Part shown: positions 33,401-40,832 of the stretch, piece by piece
How the letters are laid out: every line of letters begins with the position of its first letter
Position numbering within the stretch: position 1 is the stretch's first letter
DNA from: Gemmatimonadales bacterium
GTDB taxonomy: Bacteria > Gemmatimonadota > Gemmatimonadetes > Gemmatimonadales > GWC2-71-9
Assembly: GCA_050183815.1 (NCBI GenBank)
Contig: JBFXAY010000006.1
Span: 49,208-113,207 of the forward strand
Direction: 5' to 3'
DNA length: 64,000 nt
Position numbers and translations under genes: made by a program
Notes under the pieces: generated by a model
Seen by the model: only the letters and a program-made list of their open reading frames with translations
The model's database searches: none
What the model was told of the DNA's origin: nothing

Positions 33401-35160
33401 GGGGTGAGGCCGAACACCGTCACCACGCCCCCGGGCGGGGCGATCGAGGCGATGTCCGGAAACGGTCCGCCGGTGCCGCCGATCCAGCCGCCGATGCCTG
33501 AGTACACGGCGACGTACTGGCGTCCCGCAGCATCCGCGAACGACACCGGATTGCCGATGATGCCCGAGGGCGTCTTGAAGCGCCACAGTTCGAGACCGGA
33601 TGTCTGGTCGACCGCCTTGAGCCAGCCGTCCATGGTGCCGTAGAACACCAGCCCGCCGGCCGTGGTGAGCGTCCCGCCGGTTACCGGATACCGTTCCGGT
33701 ACCTGCCACGCCACCGAGCCCCGCGTCGCGTCCCACGCCACCAACCGGCCCTGGCTCGGTCCCGGCACCGGTGACATCGATATCGTGGCCCCGGCGTACA
33801 ACTGACCTGCGGTGTAGGTGACGGCTTTCGGCGTCAGGTCCATGCAGAGGTCGGTGGTCGGTACGTAGAAGAGACCGGTACGCGGCGACCAGGAGGCGGC
33901 CTGGAGACCCTTGGCGCCCGCCGCGGCGGGGCAGATGCCCGCCGTCTTGCCGGTGCCCTGCCGGTACTTCGCCGCGAGCACGGGCTCGCCGCTCGGATGG
34001 TCGATCCGGGAGGCCCAGTTCAGCGGACCGAACCGTTCGGCAATGAGGATCCGCCCGGTCGTCCGGTCGATAGTGTAGGCGAAGCCGTTGCGATCGAAAT
34101 GCACCAGAGCCTTCACCGCCCGGCCGCCGATCGTCAGGTCGACGAGCAGGCTCTCGTTGGAGGCGTCGTAGCCCCATTCGTCGTGCGGGGTGAGCTGCAG
34201 CGCCCAGCGGACCCGGCCCGTGGCGGCCGAGCGGGCGAAGATCGTGTTGCCCCACTTGTTCGCGCCCGGTCGCTGGGCCGCGTTGTAGGTCCCCGGATGA
34301 TCGGTTCCGTAGAAGATGAGATCGAGGCCCGGATCGTAGGAGATCCAGCCCGATGCGGTCGCGCCGCCGTGCTGCCACTCGGCGCCGGTCCAGGTGGACA
34401 CGCCGAGATCGATCCCGCGATGCGACGCGTAGTTCGAGTTCGCTTCGCCGTCGATGAGGACGTCCGCGTCCGGCCCGGTGTGCCACGCCCGCCAGACGAG
34501 CCGTCCGGTGAGCGCGTCGTAGGCACTCATTTGGCCCCGGACGCCGTACTCGGCCCCCGCCGTGCCCACGATCACGAGATCCTTGACGACGAGCGGCGCC
34601 CCCGGCATGGTACCGCCGGATCGCCAGTCGGTGTTCTTCACCCGCCAGATTTCCCGGCCGGTCCGGGCGTCGAGTCCCGCGATCTCGCCGTGCAGGAGGG
34701 GAACCAGGACCACGCCCTTCGGATGGTAGGCGAGACCCCGGGTCCCGGCGTCGCGCCAGCCGGTCGGGAGCTTGAGCCGCGCGACGGCCGCCGGGACGGC
34801 GTACCGCCATCGCACCGGATGGCCTGGCACCGTCAGGTCCACCGCCGCGACCGTGTTGGGAAACGGGCCAAGTACGTACATGGTGCCGTCGACGATGAGC
34901 GGGTTGCCCTCGTGCGGGCCCGGGATGCCCGGGTCGAACGTCCAGAGCGGTTTGAGTCCCGCGACGTTTGCCGGCGTCAGGCGGTCGAGCCGGCTGAAGC
35001 GGGTCAGGGCGAGGTCGCCGCCGGGTGTAGGCCAATCCGCGCCGGCGCCGGGTTCGGCCGCCGCCGTCGTGGTCTGACCCCGCGCCGGGTTCGCCGCCAC
35101 GGTGAGGAAGCCGGCGATCGATAGCGCCGTTGCCCGGATGGTCCGCCCGCCGTTGCTCAA
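33397..35160 (-). CDS. PQQ-dependent dehydrogenase, methanol/ethanol-family beta-propeller (divergent)
   Basis: 587 aa with a signal peptide. Family blocks GAEYGVRG, GANKWGNT, TPHDEW, W-motif repeats, and a C-terminal GIGGW. See findings for the missing Cys-Cys and Asp. Confidence 0.88.
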   Translation of the reverse strand: MSNGGRTIRATALSIAGFLTVAANPARGQTTTAAAEPGAGADWPTPGGDLALTRFSRLDRLTPANVAGLKPLWTFDPGIPGPHEGNPLIVDGTMYVLGPFPNTVAAVDLTVPGHPVRWRYAVPAAVARLKLPTGWRDAGTRGLAYHPKGVVLVPLLHGEIAGLDARTGREIWRVKNTDWRSGGTMPGAPLVVKDLVIVGTAGAEYGVRGQMSAYDALTGRLVWRAWHTGPDADVLIDGEANSNYASHRGIDLGVSTWTGAEWQHGGATASGWISYDPGLDLIFYGTDHPGTYNAAQRPGANKWGNTIFARSAATGRVRWALQLTPHDEWGYDASNESLLVDLTIGGRAVKALVHFDRNGFAYTIDRTTGRILIAERFGPLNWASRIDHPSGEPVLAAKYRQGTGKTAGICPAAAGAKGLQAASWSPRTGLFYVPTTDLCMDLTPKAVTYTAGQLYAGATISMSPVPGPSQGRLVAWDATRGSVAWQVPERYPVTGGTLTTAGGLVFYGTMDGWLKAVDQTSGLELWRFKTPSGIIGNPVSFADAAGRQYVAVYSGIGGWIGGTGGPFPDIASIAPPGGVVTVFGLTP

Positions 35161-35231
35161 GCCCGTCTACCTTCCTGAAGCAGGTGTAAGGGTATCCGGT
35201 GGTCCCCCCTCGTCAATCCCGGCGGTGTGAC

Positions 35232-36587
35232 ATGGAGCAGTTGCTGCATCGAACGGCCGACCTCGCCGCGCGCTATCTCGCGTCGCTCGACCACCGTCCG
35301 GTGAAACCGCCCCTCGACGCCGTGGCGGCGCTGGCGGAACTCGACGTTCCGATGCCGGCAGCCGGGACGCCGTCGGAGACGGTGCTCGAGGAGCTCGATC
35401 GGGTCGGCTCCCCGGCCACCGTGGCCAGTGCGGGCGGTCGGTTCTTCGGCTTCGTCGTCGGCGGGGCATTACCCGCGACCGTTGCCGCCAACTGGCTCGC
35501 GACGGCGTGGGACCAGGAGGCCGGCATGGCCGCCACCTCACCCGCTACGGTCGCGATCGAGGCCGTGGCGCACCGCTGGCTGCTGGAGTTGTTCGAGCTG
35601 CCCGCCGACACCGCCACCGCGTTCGTCACCGGCGCCACCATGGCCAACTTCACGGCGCTGGCGGCGGCCCGGCACGCGGTCCTTGCCCGGGCGGGCTGGA
35701 ACGTGGAGGCGGATGGACTCTTCGGCGCGCCGCCGGTGACCGTCATCGTCGGCGAGGAAGTCCACCCGACCCTGCGCAAAGCGCTCGGTTTGCTGGGCCT
35801 CGGCCGGAATCGCGTCGTGACCGTAGCCGCTGATGGCCAGGGCCGGATGCGCCCTGAGGCACTCCCGCCGATCGCCGGGCCGACGATCGTCTGCGTCCAG
35901 GCCGGCAACGTCAACAGCGGCAACTCGGATCCGATCGGCCGGATCGCGGACGTCGTCGGCACCCGGGCCTGGATTCACGTCGACGGCGCCTTCGGGCTCT
36001 GGGCGGCGATCTCCCCCGAAACCCGGGCGCTCGTCGCCGGCTACCAGCGGGCGTCGTCGTGGGCCACCGACGGTCACAAATGGCTCAACGTGCCCTACGA
36101 TTCCGGCTACGCGCTGGTCCGCGATGGCGCGGCGCTGCGAGCGGCGATGGCGCTGTCGGCCGCCTACCTCCCGAGCGGCGCGGGTCGCCAGCCGGATCAT
36201 TTCACCCCCGAGCTGTCCCGCCGCGCCCGCGGCGTGGAAACCTGGGCCGCGCTTCGGGCCCTCGGCCGCGACGGCGTCCGTGAATTGGTCGAGCGATGCT
36301 GCCGGCTCGCCCGGCGTTTCGCGGCCGGCCTCGAAGCCGCCGGCTACCCACCGCTCAACGACGTGGTCCTCAACCAGGTCTGCGTGCCGTTCGGCGACGA
36401 GGCGACGACCGATCGGGTGGTGGCGCTGGTCCAGGACTCCGGCGAATGCTGGTGCGGGGGAACGACCTGGCGGGGACGGCGGGCGATGCGGATCAGCGTC
36501 TCGTCGTGGGCCACGACCGAGGCCGACGTCGACCGGAGCCTACGGGCGATTCTCGCGGCGGCCGCCGCGGTCCGCGGCGACGGCTGA
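35232..36587 (+). CDS. Pyridoxal-phosphate-dependent decarboxylase (group II, aspartate aminotransferase fold)
   Basis: Start at ATG 35232. PLP-lysine motif SWATDGHKWLNVPYDSG. 451 aa. Confidence 0.85.
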   Translation: MEQLLHRTADLAARYLASLDHRPVKPPLDAVAALAELDVPMPAAGTPSETVLEELDRVGSPATVASAGGRFFGFVVGGALPATVAANWLATAWDQEAGMAATSPATVAIEAVAHRWLLELFELPADTATAFVTGATMANFTALAAARHAVLARAGWNVEADGLFGAPPVTVIVGEEVHPTLRKALGLLGLGRNRVVTVAADGQGRMRPEALPPIAGPTIVCVQAGNVNSGNSDPIGRIADVVGTRAWIHVDGAFGLWAAISPETRALVAGYQRASSWATDGHKWLNVPYDSGYALVRDGAALRAAMALSAAYLPSGAGRQPDHFTPELSRRARGVETWAALRALGRDGVRELVERCCRLARRFAAGLEAAGYPPLNDVVLNQVCVPFGDEATTDRVVALVQDSGECWCGGTTWRGRRAMRISVSSWATTEADVDRSLRAILAAAAAVRGDG

Positions 36588-37706
36588 ATCGGCAGGCGCG
36601 GTCCGGGCGGCGGCCAGCCGCGCCAGCCGACGCGTCGCCGCTTCCTCCGACTCGAAGATGCCGGCCTGATACCGCGACCCCGGATTCCAGAGCACCCACG
36701 AGCGGACCCCCAGCTCCTCCGCCGCACGGATCTGTTCCCGGACCTCGAAGACCCCGTAGCGCGGCGCTCCGAGGGTGAACGACTGCAGGTAGGGTCGGAT
36801 CTCGGCGACCCGGTCCGCCCGGATCGCCGCCGAGCGGCGCAGGCCGTCCTGCAGCGCCCGCCGGACCATGTGGTACGGTGCGCTGTTGGGATGGCTGGCC
36901 CCGTAGACGCCCCGCTGATAGTGACTCGGGTAGACCATCGGCAGCACCACGTCGGCGGTGGTGACCAGGTCCTCCCACAACTGTCCGATTCCCATGTCAT
37001 CGACCGCGGTGGTCGTCAGGCCGAAGATGTCGATCGTGAACGGGACGCCGAAGGCCCGGGTCCGGTGGCCGATGAGCGTGAGATTGCGGGCGACGCCGTC
37101 GCGGGTCGACTCGCCTTCGCGGCGGGCCGGAAAGACGGCCGTCGCCATCCGGCTGCGGGGCTCGTCGGGAAAGCGGACGTAGTCGTACTGGATTTCGTCG
37201 AATCCGATCGCGGCCGCCTCGCGGGCCAGCTGGGCCGCGTAGACCCAGACGGAGTCGTTGAACGCGTCGACCCAGTTGGTGCCCTTCCGGTCGGTCCACA
37301 GCGAGCCGTCGTCCTTGCGGATGGCCCATTCGGGCTTGTTCCGGGCCAGGAGCGGATCCTTCGCGACCACGATCCGCGCAACGGTCCGGATGCCGCGTTG
37401 CTTGATCTCGTGGAGGCGGCGAGCTGCATCGCGGGCCCGAAGCTGCTTGTTGGCGCCGATCGCGATCGCGGTCGGAACGGTGGAGCGATAGGTGAGGTAC
37501 CCGGTGTCGTCTTTGACGTCGATCACCAGGGCATTGATCTCGGTCGTGTCGGCGAGGCGAACCAGGTCCCAGATTCGCGAAGTGCCGAAGGCCCACGCAT
37601 TCACATAGAGCGCCCGCCACGGGCCGCCCGGTGCCGGCTGCGCGGCGGCCGGAGCGGCCAGCATCAGCCCCACAAGGGCGATCAGTCGGGACGGCGCGCG
37701 GGACAT
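36540..37706 (-). CDS. Putative glycoside hydrolase-like TIM-barrel protein (COG1306/GHL type), secreted
   Basis: 388 aa with a signal peptide. The YVNAWAF...INALVIDVKDDTGYLTY block is typical of this uncharacterised hydrolase-like family. Confidence 0.7.
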   Translation of the reverse strand: MSRAPSRLIALVGLMLAAPAAAQPAPGGPWRALYVNAWAFGTSRIWDLVRLADTTEINALVIDVKDDTGYLTYRSTVPTAIAIGANKQLRARDAARRLHEIKQRGIRTVARIVVAKDPLLARNKPEWAIRKDDGSLWTDRKGTNWVDAFNDSVWVYAAQLAREAAAIGFDEIQYDYVRFPDEPRSRMATAVFPARREGESTRDGVARNLTLIGHRTRAFGVPFTIDIFGLTTTAVDDMGIGQLWEDLVTTADVVLPMVYPSHYQRGVYGASHPNSAPYHMVRRALQDGLRRSAAIRADRVAEIRPYLQSFTLGAPRYGVFEVREQIRAAEELGVRSWVLWNPGSRYQAGIFESEEAATRRLARLAAARTAPADSAVAADRGGRRENRP

Positions 37707-38428
37707 CCGAACGTGTCTACCTCGGTGCCGGCCGGAGTGGCCGGGCAGCGATCGAGCCCGTCGAGCACGCCATCGCCGTCGCTATCCGTGGGGCAGCCCC
37801 GGCTGTCCACCAGCGCTCCCCGGGGCGTGGCGGGGCACCGGTCCCGTCGATCGGGAATCTGATCGAGGTCGCTGTCCGGACCATCGCCGCTCGGCGTCCG
37901 GTTCACGCCGGTGAGGAAGGTGACGCCGACGCTCGCGCCGAACGACGTGTAGCGATACACGGGGCGGGTCCGCACCATCCCCTCGCCGCGCAACTGGGCC
38001 GTGCCGGCCAGAGGCAGGCGAAAGCCGAGACCTCCCGAAGCGGCGCCGTGGGTCGGACATACGGTCGTGTTGAAGATGCAGCCGGAGTGGCGGATCAGAC
38101 CGTAGCCGCCGCGAACGTACACCGTGCCGCTCCCGGCCTTCACATTGAACAGCACGTTTCCGGCGAGATACCGGAGCGTAAACGTGTTGTCCACCGCCGA
38201 ATTGTGGGGGCGGGTCATGTCGAACTGGCCCTCCAGTTCGAACCCGGCGGGCAGCCAGATCCCCAGCCGGGTTCCCGCGCCGACGGCCCGGAGTCCGTCG
38301 AGCGTCGTCGTCTTATTGTGCCAGACGCCCAGCGCGGACACCTCCAACGTCCCGGCGCGCTGGGCCGACGCATTTTCGAACACCCCGCTCAGCGCGAGAG
38401 TGGCGAGGACTGCGGACGAGAAGCGCAT
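37682..38428 (-). CDS. Outer-membrane beta-barrel protein with thrombospondin type-3 (Ca-binding) repeats, no OmpA C-terminal domain
   Basis: Start at ATG 38428 with a signal peptide (MRFSSAVLATLALSGVFENASAQ), an 8-strand-like barrel, then DSDLDQIPDRRDRCP...DSDGDGVLDGLDRCP repeats. The ORF ends right after the repeats. Confidence 0.75.
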   Translation of the reverse strand: MRFSSAVLATLALSGVFENASAQRAGTLEVSALGVWHNKTTTLDGLRAVGAGTRLGIWLPAGFELEGQFDMTRPHNSAVDNTFTLRYLAGNVLFNVKAGSGTVYVRGGYGLIRHSGCIFNTTVCPTHGAASGGLGFRLPLAGTAQLRGEGMVRTRPVYRYTSFGASVGVTFLTGVNRTPSGDGPDSDLDQIPDRRDRCPATPRGALVDSRGCPTDSDGDGVLDGLDRCPATPAGTEVDTFGCPARRPD

Positions 38429-38489
38429 AACGTTATAGATAGGGAACTTACCGGTGCCCGGCAAGCAGCCGATCGGCGGCGCTCCGCTC

Positions 38490-38518
38490 TTGGCGGCAGT
38501 AGCCGAGGGCGCTAGCAT
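38490..38518 (+). promoter_or_regulatory. Sigma-70-like promoter candidate for the Rdx-pfkA unit
   Basis: TTGGCG-N17-TAGCAT, 43 nt upstream of ATG 38561. Confidence 0.3.
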
Positions 38519-38560
38519 ACCGGCTTCCGAAGCGTTTCTCGCAGCCATGCCGGAGGGACA

Positions 38561-38791
38561 ATGCAGGTTTCGATCCAGTACTGCGTCGCCTGAAACTACG
38601 AACCGCGGGCCGCCAGGCTGGCGGCCGAACTCAAGGAGGCGTTTCCGGACGTCGATATCAAGAAGGTTCCGTCGAGCGGCGGGGTCTTCGAGGTGACGGT
38701 CGACGGGACGCTGCTGTTCTCGAAGAAGGCGCTAGGTCGGCACGCCGGGCCCGGTGAGGTGCTCGAGCTGATTCGGAGCCGGCCGCACTAG
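38561..38791 (+). CDS. SelW/SelT/SelH (Rdx) family selenoprotein, with in-frame TGA 38591-38593 read as Sec (CVAU motif)
   Basis: From ATG 38561 (GGAGGG SD): MQVSIQYCVA-U-NYEPRAARLAAELKEAFPDVDIKKVPSSGGVFEVTVDGTLLFSKKALGRHAGPGEVLELIRSRPH-TAG. This matches the Rdx fold signature (CxxU near the N-terminus, FEV.V.G.L.FSK). A hairpin lies 14 nt after the TGA. Confidence 0.8.
38608..38626 (+). promoter_or_regulatory. SECIS-like hairpin downstream of the Rdx TGA
   Basis: GGCCGCC-AGGCU-GGCGGCC: a 7-bp GC stem (plus a possible A-U closing pair) with a G-containing loop. Confidence 0.5.
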
Positions 38792-38806
38792 GGCGGGGGA
38801 GATCGG

Positions 38807-39952
38807 ATGCGTATCGCGATTTCGACCGGCGGCGGCGACGCTCCGGGCCTCAACGCCGTCATCCGGGCGGTCGTCCTGTCCGCGCACCAGCGCGGCTGGG
38901 AATGCTTCGGCATTCGCCGGGGATACGACGGACTCTACCGGCGGGGCGGCGGACTGCGCTACGCCTACAACAAGCCGTACGAAGGACCCGACCGCCGCCG
39001 CGAGCCGCTCGGCGGTCTCATGCCCCTCGGCCCGAAAGAGGTCCGGGGCATCACTCACCTCGGCGGCACGATTCTGGGCACCAGCAACCGGGGCAACCCG
39101 TTTTCCTGGCCGACCCGGCTCCCCGACGGATCGATCCAGGAAGTCGATCGCTCGGACGAACTGGTCGAATCCTTCCGGGCGCATGGGCTCGACGCCCTGG
39201 TGGCCATTGGCGGCGACGGCAGTCTGACCATCGCCCACGGGCTCTGGAAGAAAGGCATTCCGGTCGTCGGGGTCCCGAAGACGATCGACAATGACGTCGT
39301 CGGGACCGAGGCGACGTTCGGTTTCGACACGGCCGTGTCCACGGCGACTGAAGCGCTCGACAAGGTGCACACCACGGCGGAAAGCCACGACCGGGTCATG
39401 GTCGTCGAGCTGATGGGCCGCTATGCCGGATGGATTTCCCTCCACAGCGGTCTCTCGGGCAGCGCCGACGTCATCCTGATTCCCGAGATTCCGTTCGACA
39501 TCGACAAGGTCTGCGAGAAGATCCGGGCCCGCGAACGCGCCGGCCGCAATTTCTCGATCGTGGTCGTGGCGGAAGGGGCCCGGCCGATCGGCGGCCGCGC
39601 CGCCCTCCTCGAGGAAGCGAAGCTCGGCTCCGTCGAACGGCTCGGCGGCATGGCGGCGCAGGTGGCCGCGCTGATCTCGGAACGAACGGGCAAGGAAACC
39701 CGGAGTCTCGTCCTCGGCCACCTCCAGCGGGGCGGGTCGCCGACCACCTTCGACCGGCTGCTGGCGCTCCGCTTCGGCTCGGCCGCGGTGCGGGCCATCG
39801 GCGAGGAAGCGTTCGGCACCGTCGTGGTGTTCACCCCGCCGACGGTCAGCCGCCGTCCGATCGCCGACGTGATGGGCCGGCAGAAGACCGTGCCCCTCGA
39901 CAGCGGCATCATTCTTACCGCCCGGAACCTCGGCATCTCCTTCGGCGACTGA
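38807..39952 (+). CDS. pfkA: ATP-dependent 6-phosphofructokinase
   Basis: 381 aa. GGGDAPGLNAVIRAVV, IGGDGS, PKTIDND, MGR motifs. GDGS rather than GDDS suggests ATP dependence. Confidence 0.92.
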   Translation: MRIAISTGGGDAPGLNAVIRAVVLSAHQRGWECFGIRRGYDGLYRRGGGLRYAYNKPYEGPDRRREPLGGLMPLGPKEVRGITHLGGTILGTSNRGNPFSWPTRLPDGSIQEVDRSDELVESFRAHGLDALVAIGGDGSLTIAHGLWKKGIPVVGVPKTIDNDVVGTEATFGFDTAVSTATEALDKVHTTAESHDRVMVVELMGRYAGWISLHSGLSGSADVILIPEIPFDIDKVCEKIRARERAGRNFSIVVVAEGARPIGGRAALLEEAKLGSVERLGGMAAQVAALISERTGKETRSLVLGHLQRGGSPTTFDRLLALRFGSAAVRAIGEEAFGTVVVFTPPTVSRRPIADVMGRQKTVPLDSGIILTARNLGISFGD

Positions 39953-39961
39953 CCGCCTGCC

Positions 39962-40306
39962 TCAGGATTTCACGAAGGGAGTGGCCGGGCCCCGGAGCGA
40001 CGACCCGGGGCCCGGTTGCCAAGTGACCTGGGTTTCGATCAACGCGGCCACCTCGAGATCCTTGCCGGTGATTCCCCCGGCGCTGTGGGTCGACAGCGAG
40101 ATCGTGACGGCCGGCCAGGTCACCAGTACGTCGGCGTGGTGGTCCGCCGCCTCGCAGACGAACGCCACCGCTCCGGCCACGAGCATCGATCCGCGCCAGC
40201 CATCGGTCTCGAAGCGGCGCACGATCCGGCCGCCATCGGCCTTCCACCGGGGCAGTCCCACCAGGCCGGTGGCCAGCTCCTCCGGCGTCAGTCGCGTCTC
40301 ACTCAT
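39962..40306 (-). CDS. phhB: 4a-hydroxytetrahydrobiopterin (pterin-4a-carbinolamine) dehydratase
   Basis: Start at ATG 40306 (MSETRLTPEELA...). Signature FVCEAADHHADVLVTWPAVTISLSTHSAGG (DHHP-type motif). Confidence 0.85.
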   Translation of the reverse strand: MSETRLTPEELATGLVGLPRWKADGGRIVRRFETDGWRGSMLVAGAVAFVCEAADHHADVLVTWPAVTISLSTHSAGGITGKDLEVAALIETQVTWQPGPGSSLRGPATPFVKS

Positions 40307-40832
40307 GGGTCCTCCCTTCGGGGGCGAGTTCCGTCTCGAACCGGCCGCTCTGGCCGGGTCCTTCCTCGACGTCAACGGTGACCCGCGTGACCCCCGCCGC
40401 ACCTTCCCGGCGAAGGCCGGCTACGACCTCCCCGGTGAGGAAGCAGGCAAGGAGTTCGGCGGTCGTGTCCTGGACTGGGACGATCGCCACGTGGGCGGTG
40501 GGGAAGACGAAGCGGCGGCTCCCCCGGTAGTGAACCGCGGTGGCGTCGCCCGCCTGGTGGACCGAGACCGCGGGATTCTCGCCGGGAACCAGGACCCGGT
40601 GGTCGATCCGGTCGATCACCGGCCGGAGCACCTTCTTCACCACGGCAAAATCCACCACGAAGCCGCTCGCCTGGTCGACTGACCCTTCGACTACGACCGT
40701 GACCACGTAATTGTGGCCATGGAGGGCTTCGCACTTATGGCCGGGGATCGTCAGGAAGTGCGCGGCGGAAAAGGTCAGGTAGTCTTTCGATACCGAAACC
40801 GAGAACCGTCCGGGAAGCCGGGAACCCGTCAT
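40299..40832 (-). CDS. 6-pyruvoyl-tetrahydropterin / 6-carboxy-tetrahydropterin synthase family protein
   Basis: 177 aa. FSAAHFL...GHKCEALHGHNY (Zn-binding His residues and catalytic Cys). ATGA overlap with the MFS gene stop. Confidence 0.85.
   Translation of the reverse strand: MTGSRLPGRFSVSVSKDYLTFSAAHFLTIPGHKCEALHGHNYVVTVVVEGSVDQASGFVVDFAVVKKVLRPVIDRIDHRVLVPGENPAVSVHQAGDATAVHYRGSRRFVFPTAHVAIVPVQDTTAELLACFLTGEVVAGLRREGAAGVTRVTVDVEEGPGQSGRFETELAPEGRTHE

Noticed and set aside
33401-35035. The N-terminal 545 codons of the 841-aa minus-strand ORF 32510-35035
   Set aside because: This part overlaps the PQQ dehydrogenase gene in another frame and is Arg/Gly-rich. A GTG at 33400 followed by a lipobox gives a sensible 297-aa lipoprotein coupled to the PQQ gene stop.
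38454-38696. 80-aa plus-strand ORF covering the gap between the OMP gene and pfkA
   Set aside because: Its composition is Arg/Pro/Ser-rich and it has no motif. The alternative frame gives a full Rdx/SelW-like protein if TGA 38591 is read as Sec.
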